Of a stretch of DNA of 64,000 nucleotides, positions 37,807 to 51,490 are shown piece after piece. The stretch spans positions 3,529,891 to 3,593,890 of the forward strand of contig CAJFCJ010000002.1 of the NCBI GenBank assembly GCA_904063045.1, read 5' to 3'. Below the pieces are notes generated by a model that worked only from the letters and a program-made list of their open reading frames with translations, had not been told where the DNA came from and made no database searches. The DNA comes from Dimorphilus gyrociliatus. Its lineage: Eukaryota > Animalia > Annelida. A program made the translations under genes and the position numbers. Each line of letters starts with the position of its first letter. Position 1 is the stretch's first letter.

Positions 37807-40800
37807 AAATTGTACAATGTTTAAATTAACTGTTGTGTTTGTAACATCTATTTTCCTTTACTTAGATGGAATAATAGTAATTTTCTAAAGTTTCCACTTT
37901 TTAAATGGATTTATTTTTGGGATAAGCTACGCATTTTTCATTATTTTTAACAGAGAAACTACTATTTTTGTATAATCAAGCAAGTTATTTAATATTATTT
38001 ATTTAAATATATCAAAAAATATATATATTATTATAAAGGCCAATGTATTGATGACTCGGTTTGGTACAACAATTCTTTTTCATTCTTTTTTTAATAGTGT
38101 AATATATGTGTTTATAATTTTTATAAAATAAATTCGATATATGAAATTAATCGTGTCAATAAAATAAAGAACAAATTGCACAAGTTCTCTTGTTCAGTTT
38201 AAGTAAAAATTGTTGTCTATAAGGAAAGCGATTTAGATAAACAATGAAAACTTATTGTACTCTCTTTCGTCTTCCCTTCCAAGTAAAATCGGATATTACG
38301 AACATATATAATATCTTCCCTAGTTTTAACAGCCTTTCATACAACGAGTACTACTCTGGTGATAGAGTATTATGATAATGAATCTCTTGTTGTTACACCT
38401 TAATATCGATATAAAAGAGTAAAAATTACCTAAAATACGTCTTGAAGCAAAAATTCTATGATGTAAGGATAAAAATAGTAAATAACTAGGGTATCTGGAG
38501 TTGGAGAGAATATGCAGTAATTGTTAAATAACTATCATAATACTTACTTATAATGATTATACAGTATATATCCTTTAATATCATCAGTACCCTCAATAAT
38601 GTAGTTCAAGTTTTGTTCTAACAGCTGCTAGAATGGGAAAATTACTTTATTTTTTCTTGGGATCCTCCTTCAAAGATATTATATTTATCACTACTTATTA
38701 TGAGTTTACAAGTATTGCTAAAGGGTACTCTTACGTAAACTAAGGTTAGTTTTCGACCTCTTAATCTTAAAAGCTAAAGGATAAAATATCTTATTAGTTA
38801 GATTTAAAGGTTTTGACTGATTTATAACTATTTATAATTAGATATTATCCAGCGCAAGTGTATCTGACAATAGATGATTTATGAAAGTGTTAAATGATTT
38901 GAACAAAAAAAAAATTAACATTTAACAACTTTGAAAGCTTCAAAACAATTGTGCATGAATATTTATAGAAATGAGAATAACAATAATAATATTTAAACTT
39001 CAAGTGTTAATTAAAAAGCTTATACTAAAATTCTTCATCTCATTTTGATTGTTTCCTATAAATATTTCTTATCAAATAACCGTAACGAAGTTTGTATCTC
39101 TTTCAAATAGTCGTAGGCGTATGCTGGCCAATCTCATTATACAGATCCAAAATAACATTTAATGAATGTTTTACCTAGCCATTAAACAGTGTATTAGTTA
39201 TTCTTTGTTGATTAAAATTTAAGACTGAAGGACCTGTCATTCCACTTTTACATGTTCTTAAAACCTTTTAATAATATATCATTTGTCGTATTAAAAAAAT
39301 TTTACCATGTTTTCATGTACGGGCTTAGTCAACGGTACAATTTGGCTAAGATTATAAAATCAGAAGTTTCCAAGAATTAAGAGAGCAGCTTAAAATATTC
39401 TGTATTCTATAAATTTCTATCAGTTACCGAATGAGAAGCTTTTGACAATCTTCATATGCCATTTCTTTTAGCCTCTCAGCTTAAATTGGTTATTTAAAAA
39501 GTATCAATAAACTTATAATTTTCCTCTGACAAAAGACTAGAAAATTATGAAAAAGTTCTCATATGAATAACTTTGGAACTTTTCTTTCTCATTTATCCAT
39601 TATACAAGAAGAATTTGCATAATTTGCTTTCCTTCTTAGGAAGTTTGGTGAAAAAACAGGTAAAATAAATTTTGAATAAATATTTGCATCGCTGACTAAT
39701 ATCCTATTGATAATATCATGTTTTATGACCCATGATTATCATTCATTGCAAGGATCCTCCAACAACTCTCAAATATTTATTTTTGTCCAAAATTTCTGTC
39801 CATTTGTTAATATTGTTAAATTTTGCGAAGAAAACCTATCTTCTAGCCATATTCTTTTATAAACGCCAAGCATTTCAATTCCGAAGAGTGTAGTAACAAC
39901 AGAATTCAACAATTAAATAATCAGTATTCATAATCTTTTGTGTCAGATTTCTATCTTTAATTTCTAGTTAATTTAGATTAGTTTTCAAGCTTGAATATTT
40001 AATTTCTCCTTCGCCATAGCATTAGTAAAATTTAATTGAAGCCAATCATAGTTGCTTCTATTTAATCTTAAAAACTTTTCCCTTAGTGGCTATTGAATTA
40101 TGGATTGTTGATTCAATTTATATTTAAGCATTAATAAATGGATGAATGAACATTAACAATCTACACATGAGAAATGAATAATAACACATTCTAAATATTA
40201 TATACTCTGTAAGTTTAGTATTAATTGTAACCTCTATACCGAAAATAATAGCAAGAGCCTCAAACAGCAATTGTATAATTGTATAAGTAGGCTATATAAC
40301 ATGTATTAGATAAATATTAGATATATATACGTAGAGTTAAGGTAATTTCTCATTTTTTGTATCCATCTCCTCAACATCTGAATAGTGTATATTATTATTA
40401 AGTACAGATTTTTAATTTATGATAACAACTTTTACAACTTTTATTATCCCATTTGTTTGCATTTGAGAATAGATAGATTCTTAATTGTTGATTCGTCTTG
40501 AAACAACCTATAAAGGATTAACTAAATCTTCAATAAGAAAGTTAATAAATGTTCAAAGATTCATTTTTTCATTAGAAATAATTTATTATATGAAAGTTTT
40601 CTTTGTAATGATTAGTTTGTTATTTAATCTCTATTTACTATTATTTTTTTTATACTAAATCAGTATCGTGTTGAATGAGAATATATGCAATAGATGGAGC
40701 TCAAAGTACTTCCTCGGAACCTTGAACTTGACGTTGTAGAAAAAATTTATTTGTAAGGTAGATTTCATAAATGGTCACCAATATAACACTATATATAAGG

Positions 40801-40940
40801 ATCATTAGCAGTAAATTTAAGTTGATGAAGTAGTTCAAAATTTCAACTTTCATTTAAATTGCAATATATCATAGAAATACAGGATAACTTTTAAAGACCT
40901 AATTATGACCTAATTCAGTTTCTTTGTATTCTCAGAAAAT

Positions 40941-42154
40941 ATGACCAGCAGGAAACTTCTTAGAACACTAATTGATTATGAGGAAGAAGCCCAAAATATA
41001 CTGAATGAGCCTGTTCGTTCTTTTTACTACAGTGGAGCCGAATACGGTAAAGCCCATAGAAGGAATATAAAAGCACTGCAAAAGTAGTATTTAAATATTA
41101 GAATCTCTCTTATTCTTATCAAAATTTCGTTTTCTCCTTGATTTTAATTTAAAGAATTTATTTGTGTCCTAATATATGCGTGGATGTAAGTGAAAGAGAT
41201 ACCTCAGCTAATTTCCTGGGATATTCAATACCTATACCTTTGGGAATCAGTCCAACGGCACAGCACAAACATGCAAACTTTGAAGGAGAATTAGCAACAG
41301 CAAGAGCAGCGGCTTATCATAATACTCCCTACGTAATGAGCTTATTTTCAAACATTTCAGTTCGGCAGGTTATACATGCTGTACCGGGAGTTAAAATTCT
41401 TATTCAATTACAATTTATGAAAGACAGAGATATCCTAAGCAAACTGCTAAATCAATTTATCAATGATGGAGTAAAGGGAATATGTCTTACTCTCGATATA
41501 CCTATTATTAATCCCACAAAGCCTGGTTTACTATCTCTAGCTTCAAAATATTCGATACCGAACATTCCAACAGAACTTCGCGAAAAGACCAAGACATCTC
41601 TAACATTGTTTGACAACGATCATATAACCTGGGAAGATGTAGCGTGGTTTATATCTAAATCTACTGTACCAGTCATAGTTAAGGGTGTTTTATCACCTAA
41701 GAATGCCTTAGAAGCTATAAATATTGGAGCAGCAGGTATATGGATATCCAATCATGGTGGTCGCCAGTTGGCGGATGCTCCACCAACTATAGAGGCTCTT
41801 AGAGTAATTGCTCCTCTTGCCAAAAAAGCTAAAATTCCTTTATATATAGATGGTGGAATTAGAAGTGGCGGTGATATACTCAAGTGCTTAGCCTTAGGTG
41901 CCGATATTGTTTTTCTTGGTAGACCCATTATAAGTGGATTAGTTGTTGGAGTAAGTCATAAAAAATAACATTAAATAGTATTCCCCAACGAATTATCTCT
42001 AAAACTTAAATTACATTAACAGGGTTACAAAGGAGTAGTTGACACTTTGAATATAATAAAAAGAGACTTCGAAGCTAATATGGCTATGTGTGGATTTAAG
42101 AATGTGAAAGAGATTAACGAAAAATGCTTATGGGAAAATATATCAAAAATATAG
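40941..42154 (+). CDS. HAO1: FMN-dependent alpha-hydroxyacid oxidase (glycolate oxidase/HAO family). Exons 40941-41083, 41155-41950, 42023-42154
   Basis: DYEEEA..FYYSGA, PLGISPTA..GELATARAA, VIVKGV, SNHGGRQL, DGGIRSGGDILKCLALGADIVFLGRP. C-terminal SKI is a PTS1-like signal. Assignment to HAO1 versus HAO2 is not resolved. Confidence 0.9.
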
Positions 42155-42297
42155 GCCCAACTAATTAAAATTTTATAGCGTTTAAAGAATAACATATCTC
42201 TAAAAAATTTATTGTTTGCTATTTTAGTTAGAGTAGAGTCATCCGTTACATTAAGTAAAAGATAATAAACATTTCAATTAGTTTATTAATGATAGTG

Positions 42298-45200
42298 TCA
42301 ATCAACTAAAAAGAAGGTTTTCAACTCTCCTTTTCCTTTTACTCTTACAAGACCTCTGGCTTCAAATTTATAATTGAATTTCTCTAAAATCTTCGCCGTT
42401 TCTTCAACTACCTGAATTTTACCCATCTGTCCAGTTGATTCCATTCTTGAAGAAACGTTTACCGTATTTCCCCAAATATCATAATGGGGTTTAGTCACAC
42501 CAATCACTCCTGCTAGGACGGGACCATGATTTAGACCTATTCTGAGCATAAAGTTATTAAAACTCTGAGAATTAACCCTATCTAAGACAACTTTCATCTG
42601 TTTTGCAAATTCAACTAAGTCGGCCAAATGCTTCCATCTTTCTGCATTATTTGCTATATTTAATCCACTAGCTGCCATATAAGTAGAATTGATAGTCTTA
42701 ATTTTAATTACAGATTCAAATCTTGATTCGGATGTCAATAGGACATCGTAATCTGATAATATCTCATTCAATAATCGAATACATTCTAACCCGTTATTAT
42801 TCACAGAATCTTCAGTATAAAAATCGTTAAAGTTAGGACAGGCTGCGAATAAGACTCCAACTTCTTCGTATGCGTGAGAATATAGTTCATCTTCTGTTCT
42901 ATTGGAGCCAACAAAATCCTTTGCAACGTGATGAGGAAGAATATTGTAAATTAATGATTCGTTCTTTCGTTTCATTTCGTCAATTTGCGACCGAGCTTCA
43001 TCAACCTCCATTCGATGTATAAAAAACTTTCTTAAAGTTACATCATACTTGATTGATAAAACTATAAAACACAAGAATGAGGAGAATAGTATAGCCATAG
43101 ATTCAGTTGAACGATCTAAACTGCTGAATATGACACATAGAGAAAAGGATATGAGAATTTTCCATGGAACATTCAATAACGGCAATAAAGCTGTAGCAAA
43201 AAAGATAAGAATACAATTCGATACTGCAAAAGGAACTTTAACTCCAGAATTTTTTGCTAATATAACAATAGATGGCCATGCTATTAATAGAGTCATAGTT
43301 CCCAACCAAAACTGACTGAACCATCTTCGAAAAAGAAATTTCTTACAAACTGCGACAATAGGCCTAGGAAATCTCTATATTAAAGAAAAATAGTACTTTA
43401 AAGGGTTTATAAGATGATTTTTACAATTTACTATAATAAATTAAATGCATAATAAAAACATACCTTGTGTAATACGCCGGAAAAATTGAACGTAATCATA
43501 ATAACCAAAATTATAAGACTTGCTACATGTAGAGCTGTGTAAAAAAGCTTGTCCTCCGAAAGTAGCAGAACAGATATCGTTATAACAAATAATATTAAAG
43601 GTGAAGAAGTGGATATTAGACAGTTGTGATAATATCTGGATTGGATGTAAGTCTTTTCCAATTTAACATCTTTAAACTGAAATATAGGCCTAAGCTTCTT
43701 AAAGATATTTCTGAAATGAGACAAAAGAAACAATTATCGTTTGATAGCTAAATATAATATTATCCATAATTATTATTATTTTTGCCCGAGGATATTATTT
43801 TAATTAAACAATATAGTACAAGATTTAATTAATGGAAAAAAACTACTAAAAGATCCTGTTATTTCAGATCTCTTATACAAATACATAAAATAAATGAAAA
43901 TGATATGCAAAAACAGAATAACAACGTACATTCCCCATTCTCTGTCTTGTAAAGCATCAACAATTTTGGCAAAGCTAAGTTCTTGATTCGAACTTGGATT
44001 ACTTTCTATCACAGTTGTCTCATTCACGCTTGTTTCGGTTTTATTCTTTCCTTGTTGTTTAATATCATCTAATGTACCTTTAGGAAATTTTTTAAGGACA
44101 CTCTTTACTAAAAATGTCTTGACATTCTCTCGTTTCAATTCCTCTTCTCTACTTTCACCATCGCCATTTTCTAATTCAAATTCTTTTTTTAAAAAATTTG
44201 CAGTTGCTTGCGATACGTGAACCCTTCCCGGCAGACCCCCACTTTCCATTTTATTCGCCAGAGTAACATCTTTGCCCAAGATATCGTACTGCCATCGATG
44301 CTGGCCTAGAACACCGCCTAAAATCGCTCCAGTATGAATGCCAACCCTCATGTTGACGCCGCTCTGAGTTTTCTTTCTAACTTCAGCTATAGCAACAACC
44401 ATATCCAACCCCATATGGACGCATAGAACAGCATGATCAGATCTCGGAATTGGGCATCCAGCTATACAGTAATAACAATCTCCCAATATCTTTATTCTTA
44501 ACTGATGATATTTCTACAAAAAATTCATTAAAGCTTAATCGGAGAATACTAACAGAAAGAAGAAAAAATAGTACATTATACATAAATATTTACGAAAGAC
44601 AGCCTTTAGGTTTATAAAATCGATAACAAACTATCTTAATGTTATTTACGTATAAAATCTATATAACAGCCATTACTAAGATATACACTATCAATAATAA
44701 ATTATAGAATACAATGATATATATATATATATATATATATATTCCCTTAAGATTACTTTCTAATATACTAAATTCTTTTTTAAGATGAAACTGACTATCC
44801 TTAGTTTTCCAAATGTTTTCTTTTTTCTCACTGTTATTCGTACATATTAATGCGTTACAACTTATACACAGACAAGAGCACTTTGATAATCATACACAAA
44901 CCTGTCATACTCTAATAGCTATTATACAATCTTAGACGCTTAGATGCAGCAACGTAATATTTCTTTAAAAATCACATCTTTTCTACTGAAATATTCTTTT
45001 GCTCTCTTCTTCACTCTTCCTATATATTGCATATATATTATATATATTTATATATAGATTACTCACGTGTGCTAGTTTGTCGAAAGTGGCAAACAGGTCA
45101 TTAAGAATCTTGATAAGTTCACTTGCTGATACTCGAGATGATAGTGCAGTAAATCCGACAATATCAGCAAACAATATGCTGTAAAAAGAAATAATATTTC

Positions 45201-46200
45201 TTCATTTTATCAAACTTCGTTTTAATGAATAGGAAATAACTGTTAATCTAAGGATAATTTTTAAATCAATTAATTAATTCCTTTCTAAATCCCTTTAATC
45301 ATGTTCATCTTATTCTTTTTACCTGACATTCTCATGCCGATTCATATATATCTTACGAAACTGACTATCAACTGTTATACCAAGATCTTTGACCATTTCT
45401 TCGGCAACGTGTTTTGGTAGAACTGACAATAAGAGTCTTTCTTGCTCTTTTGTTGCTTCTTCTATTAATATATTTGCAGATAAACTCTTTTTTGTTTCAA
45501 TAAACGCCTTTCGTTGAGAAGCCTCACTGGTAAAAAACACAATTATTGAGGAAACACAAACTGCAATATAACTTAGCAAAGTTGAAATAACACTTTCCAG
45601 CGTAGAGTAATCTCCATTTTTTGTTAAATAGAATATCAGTGAGTGAACTAGGCATGTTATTAAGCTTGTTAGCAAGCAGGACAATATCTTGAGTGGTAGG
45701 CCTATATAAATAGAGTACAAACTTAATGTAACATATGCCAAGTTATAAGGTTCTGTGTAAGCTGTTGATATGGCTGTCTGGACAACCAGTAAAATCCAGG
45801 TGATGTAAGGATATAATATTAAAGAGAAGAATCGTAGTTTTCGAAAGTATCGGTAAATTGCCATGCAGGTTATATTAACAAATATCATAACTGAGACTAC
45901 ACTAACAATTATCACATGCTTGTTGGACCATTCCCAAACTTCGCTTCGTATGATCAAAGAGAAATTTAATATTAACAGAATAGCAGAAACGCTTAATGGC
46001 GATTTCGTTATAGCAATATATTGAGAATATAATTTTTCCAGATCATCATCTTCAAATTTCGATAGACCAAATGTAGAAGTTCTTTTGAAAGCCGGGTCTT
46101 TTAACTCCTCTTCAGCTCTTAAATCTATTCTGGAAGTTAATAGTTGAGATAGTCGAGACGGTGGTCTGTCGCTTGGATAAACTTTTGCATCATTAGACAT
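42298..46200 (-). CDS. ADCY3: Transmembrane adenylate cyclase, type 3-like, about 965 aa (exons 46200-45323, 45178-45067, 44513-43930, 43710-43464, 43374-42298)
   Basis: M1-C1-M2-C2 layout. C1 has [27 protein letters not shown] and [12 protein letters not shown]; C2 has [44 protein letters not shown] and [20 protein letters not shown], which are AC3-type motifs. All splice phases are consistent. Confidence 0.95.
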
Positions 46201-49200
46201 TGTTATTAATTGCCGAGTTTACCGGATAGTGGTCGAGAAGTGAATGTCGCGCTGTTTTTTTTTCATATCCATGGTTACTGGCATAAACTACGTTAGATGA
46301 TGGCGCTTTTACTCGATTAGCTTACAGAACGATTTAATAAGCTAAGTGATACTTTCTTTTCCCTATCTCTTTCATTGCTTTCAATTTTGACTATTTTGAT
46401 ATTTATTTTGTTACAAGCACAATATATCCAGGCTACAATTCAAAAATTACAAAATAGAAATTTCATTAATTTAGTAAAAGTGCACAAATCATTCTGTAAG
46501 GAATAAATAGTTCTTTAATGTATAAGATTTAATTAGTGTAAAGGTTAATTACTTGAAGCTTGAATACAATTGACCATCTATTTAGTAGTTTACTAATTAT
46601 ATTTTATTGACTTGAATGTGATAATTATTATGTGTTTGTATGTACATAATCGTTTTGTATCCATAGAGATCTATTAAACTATTTTTTTTAAATAATGTAC
46701 TAGGTAAGGAAATAGTTAAGGTGTCTATAGATAATAATTGTTAATAATAGTTGCTGCATTATACAATATACAAAATATATAGTACATATACAGTATTTAC
46801 TTTTTCTGAGATGTGGGTTTGTACTGTATATAAATATATATATTATTCTTTTTTTACCTTACATCTCATAATATCTCAAACAAGCAAATTATTCTATTAA
46901 GTGGAAAGAATTTAATGAAAAATAATCCTTTTATCGCATTGATTCTTTCACCTTTAACTGATGGTCAACGCTTTTAAGTTAAGGTACATTTTAAAGAAAA
47001 CGCCTTGCCTTCGAGACGTACAAGATCTATAAAAGGTCTTTTCATATATCGTTTGACGTATTTTATTCACACACATTTATAAGATCTCAATTTTCTCTTA
47101 CGTAAACAAAACTATATTAGCATTCTAAGCTAATGGAATTGTTCTGATATAAACGTCTCTATGGATACAACCAGTTGTGCTCCATTATAAAGTAAAAAGA
47201 TACTTTGAAGATTTTTTTAAAACAATCTGTTATCCTTGAACAATTGCTTATGGTTTTTTTCCCGGAATGTTCATTAAAAAAAGGCTTAGCGAGAAAGTTT
47301 ATTTCCCCGTACATAATACTTTGTAGGCATACCATATTGCAGTGGGAGAAAGACAGATTTATTTACATTCGTATCTGCCCTTCTATACGTTTCCCTTCCT
47401 ATTCATAGATAATTTATAAGAATATTTCAGAAATAACTTATATAAATTCTAGTATAAAGCTTTAGATATTATGTTTACATGTCTACTATACAGCAATATA
47501 ATACATAACTATTCTTCTATTAACAACTATATTACATAAGTAATATTGATAAAACAAAACATCCCTTACCTTTTTAATACATTAAACCCATATAAAAAAA
47601 ATAAAAGTTGCAATCAATAATCTAATTTCATAGTTTACTTTTTTCTCGCTTTTTCATTCTATCTACTCTTTCAATGAGGTCCTATTATTTTTTTTTTATA
47701 GCCACATGTACCAATGGAACTTGTTCTTTAATTAAATATCTGTCTTATAATCGGACATTTGATCAAGGTTATCTTATTTCTCATATTCCCTTTCCTATAT
47801 TAATAGCAATATAACTTATCTATTTTTATATGTTACATAAAAATTACTTGTACTTTGATATTTGAAAAAAACACATCATTAGAAAACTTATAGAGAGTAT
47901 TTGAATCGTTAATTATACTATTTTCTATCCGATTTCTTGGATAAACAATTATATTTATGGCTATCCAATTAAAAAGTGTTAGTTTTTGAAACATTCTAAT
48001 TTAAATTGTTACTCTTCAGCTTTAGATGAAAAGATTACATCACTTGTAGAACAATAGTGGCACCTGGTGACTGAAATAGACATTTAGTATTTTAGAGAAA
48101 TGGCTTAAATGATCTTTTCTAGATTAAAATGGATGTTTCTTAGTGTCAATAAGTTGAATAATTGTATGAAATAGATATTATAAGGAAAATTTACGTTTAT
48201 AGAATATATATATATAAAGCCCTGGATTAGATGTAAAATGGATGGGTTGAAGGATTTTTTAATCTATTTTTGAAATGACATCAATTTCAATAAATCACAT
48301 ATAAGGATATTAATAAGAGAGTGTAGGAGCGAGAAAAAACAAATTGAAAGGATAGAAAGAAAGCATTCTTCCATTGATTACTCTCGTCTTTATCATTGCT
48401 TCGTTTATCGAATAAGTAATGGTTGAATAACGAGCTCAGGGGAAAAGTGACGAATACTTTGGGTCACGCTCGCCTTCGTTAATCTTTCAAACGAAATAGA
48501 CTAGTAGCGACAATTATTCACATTTTGCTCACATCTCTATAATATTGTTTAATATCAGTGTTTTATTAAAATTCCAATAACAAATCATATTGTTGATAGA
48601 ACGTCACAGCACAAAGAAAATACCCAACTCTTCAATAGTTTGTAATAATTGGAAGAAATTCAAATGGTTGCTGCAACAATCAAGGGATCCTTACAGGCTT
48701 CTGCATAAAATATGTGGTAGTTTTTGCTTCAAAGTAACTAGGTCTCTCTCTTGAATTTTTTATTTAAAATCAATAACAAATTTATAAATGTTCCTTTTTC
48801 TTAAAGCAATCAAAATCTTAACCTTATGAAATAAACAGTACTGTTTCTAAGTTACTAAATACGTTACAATTAGTCTTAAACGCTTTTTATCTGAAAGCCA
48901 TTTTAAAATTATTTATATCCTAAATTAATATTACAATACTATATCTCTCACTTCATAATTTCAAACTAAATTATTACTTATTCAGCTAACCCAATGGATC
49001 TTTTATCATATTATTCATTTATTAACAATTTTTTCTTTTTTGTATCTTTCCTGGGATGCAATAAAAAAAACTATTTTCTTCTTGAATATTCATAATATTT
49101 TATTTAAATATAATTTAAATACGCTGTATATTTATCCTGTTGTTTATAGATGCAATATATATATGTACATATATTTCATAAAATAATGAAAATTCATAAA

Positions 49201-49399
49201 TTTTAGCCTTTCTCAAGTAAAAATCTTTTGTTATAACATCTTTATTTAAGTTATTACATATATTTCATTTGATCAAGTTTAACACATATGACAAAAACGA
49301 AAGGTTTATATCTCATCATGTAAATGACCGCGGCTGCATCACGTGATTATTATGTAGATGTTTCTTTACAGTCCGAAGTCAAAACCAAGAAGTGGAACT

Positions 49400-51193
49400 A
49401 TGAGTCCCGTCTCTCTCTTTTTTGCCATTTTGTGCGTCATATATTTAGGTAAGTTTTTTGATGATTATGTTTTATTATTAGTTAAATAATTAGAAGCACA
49501 AGACTTATCGAAATAAGAGGATAAAACTTAATGACTATGATAAAGAATTTACTGTAAAAAAAGGAAAAAAGAAACTCAAATCAGAGACAAGAATACAATC
49601 TATGAATGGAAAAGGAGGAACGAACTAGCATTTTTTTATTTGTAGATAGTTATTTTTAAAGTTACTTAGATATCAAATACTATTTTTTAAAAACTGATAG
49701 AAATGAAAGAAGTTTAACTTTAACCCTAATTTCTTTTGATCTCATAATTAATTAGCTTTCATTCTCTAACAAAATTTAATTTAAGGCCATTAAAGGGGAA
49801 GAGCTAAGAAAGTGGGAAATAAATTCTTAAAAACGGTCTGAGACAGAAGAAAATAGATGACGTAGTCAGCTGAATAAGTAAACTCTCCAAGGCACTCATG
49901 TCACTTTACATTTTCAACCTTGCAGTTAAATCTCTTTAAGTCAAAAAAAAATTTTTAAATCTCCAAAATGTTCCTGTTGAACAACTTAAAATCCTTTTTG
50001 AATCTTATATCTATAACAACGATATAGAGTTATATTAATTTCAATACAATGACTTCATTATATATAGGTCGGAGACATACACACAGTATATATTTTCTTT
50101 TTTACTTTCAAAAAAAAAGAGCTAACCATTCTGGGAAAAGAAATCTAGGGTTGTTGAGGGACAGTGCCGTTTTGGGAATTTTAAATATTTTATGCGGGCT
50201 ATCTAGATTAGACTCATTTTATCCAATTTCTTTTTAATTTTTAATCATTTTTCATCTTTTTTTATTCAATACAATATTTAAGAAATAATTTTATAGGCCA
50301 TTACTCAACGGCTGAAGAGAAACATTACGATGTAACTACTATCCCTGTAAGTTCATTTTTATCAACTTGTTTCTATAATTTGTTCTAGCAAAATTGGAAA
50401 TTTACCTTATTCAAGTTAAAACTGTGGAAAGGAGCTCTTATAAATATTTAGCTTGGTTTTTTTTCTCCCAATTAAGGTTTCACCATATATTTCTTATCTA
50501 AATGAAAAGAAATTAGTAGGAAATGCACAGTTTGAAGGTTATTTAATTGACTTGTTGGAAAAATTGGCAAAGTTTGGAAACTTTACATACAGTTTAAGAA
50601 AAGTTCAAGATCGAAAATATGGTCAAAAAAAAAATGGCGAATGGGATGGAATGATTGGAGAACTTGTTAACAGAGTAAGTATGAAATTTATAAATATTAG
50701 ATAAATAATGAATGAAATGATTATGAAAATATCTTTTTCTACGTTAAGAAAGCAGATATGGCTCTTGCACCTCTAACAAGATCTGATTTGAGAGCGGCAG
50801 CTGTCTTGTTTACCATACCATTTCGTAATGTAAATTTAAATTTCTTGGTGAGAAAGAATTTCAAGGAAAAGAAAATTGATGAATTAGCAAAAGATAAGAA
50901 TGTTAAGTTCTTTGTAATTAAAGGGGGTACTACAAGTACTCGCTTCAAATTTGCTACCGATCCAGTGGAAAAACGAATATGGAGAAGATTGCAAAAGACT
51001 GACAGCGAATCGTTTATATCAACTGTAAAACAGGGAGTAGATAAGGTTTTAGAAGATAATAATGTTGTTTTTATCGTTGAAAGTCCAATGGCCGAATATT
51101 GGGTATAGTTATTTTATTAATCAAAGTTAAATTCTTTTTTATTAAATTAATTAATTAATTAATTAATTAATTGATATAAATATGCAAATACTG

Positions 51194-51224
<31 letters not shown>

Positions 51225-51490
51225 TGCTCTAGGAAAATAAAAATTGCGATCTGAAGATTTTAAAGGATGTTATCGAAACAAAAGACTACTATTCCCTAGC
51301 AGTTAGAAAAGACTTGATAGGATTAAAGGATACTCTTGACTTAGGTCTTTGGAGATTGAATCAAGGAAATGAGTTAAAGAAACTATGGGTTAAATGGTTC
51401 TCATATACAACATGCTCTGGATCGATGACCAAGTTTAACATATTTGGTTTGGGAGTTACAACTCTAATAATAATGATTATAGCTCTATGA
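49400..51490 (+). CDS. 302-aa channel-less ionotropic glutamate receptor ligand-binding-domain protein: signal peptide + fused S1/S2 + hydrophobic C-terminal tail (exons 49400-49448, 50297-50346, 50477-50674, 50749-51102, 51233-51490)
   Basis: S1 motifs FEGYLIDLLEKLA, DRKYG..WDGMIGELV and ADMALAPLT..R run directly into S2 motifs IDELAK..GGTTS..W, GVDKV..FIVES..EYW..CD and LKKLWVKWF..C. All GT-AG junctions are in phase. Exons 1, 2 and 5 are missing from the ORF track. Confidence 0.9.
51146..51172. repeat. (TAAT)n tetranucleotide repeat in intron 4 of the iGluR-LBD gene
   Basis: attaattaattaattaattaattaatt. Confidence 0.85.

Noticed and set aside
38100-40400. Stretch with codon-like fragments on the minus strand (for example REKFLRLNRSNYDWLQLNF), possibly a decayed transposon or gene
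   Set aside because: Frequent stops in all frames, no identifiable domain, no terminal repeats and no consistent splice path.
42690-42710. ADCY3 C2 motif KIKTINSTY instead of KIKTIGSTY
   Set aside because: A single substitution; the catalytic Lys, Asp, Asn and Arg residues are intact, so there is no basis for a functional claim.
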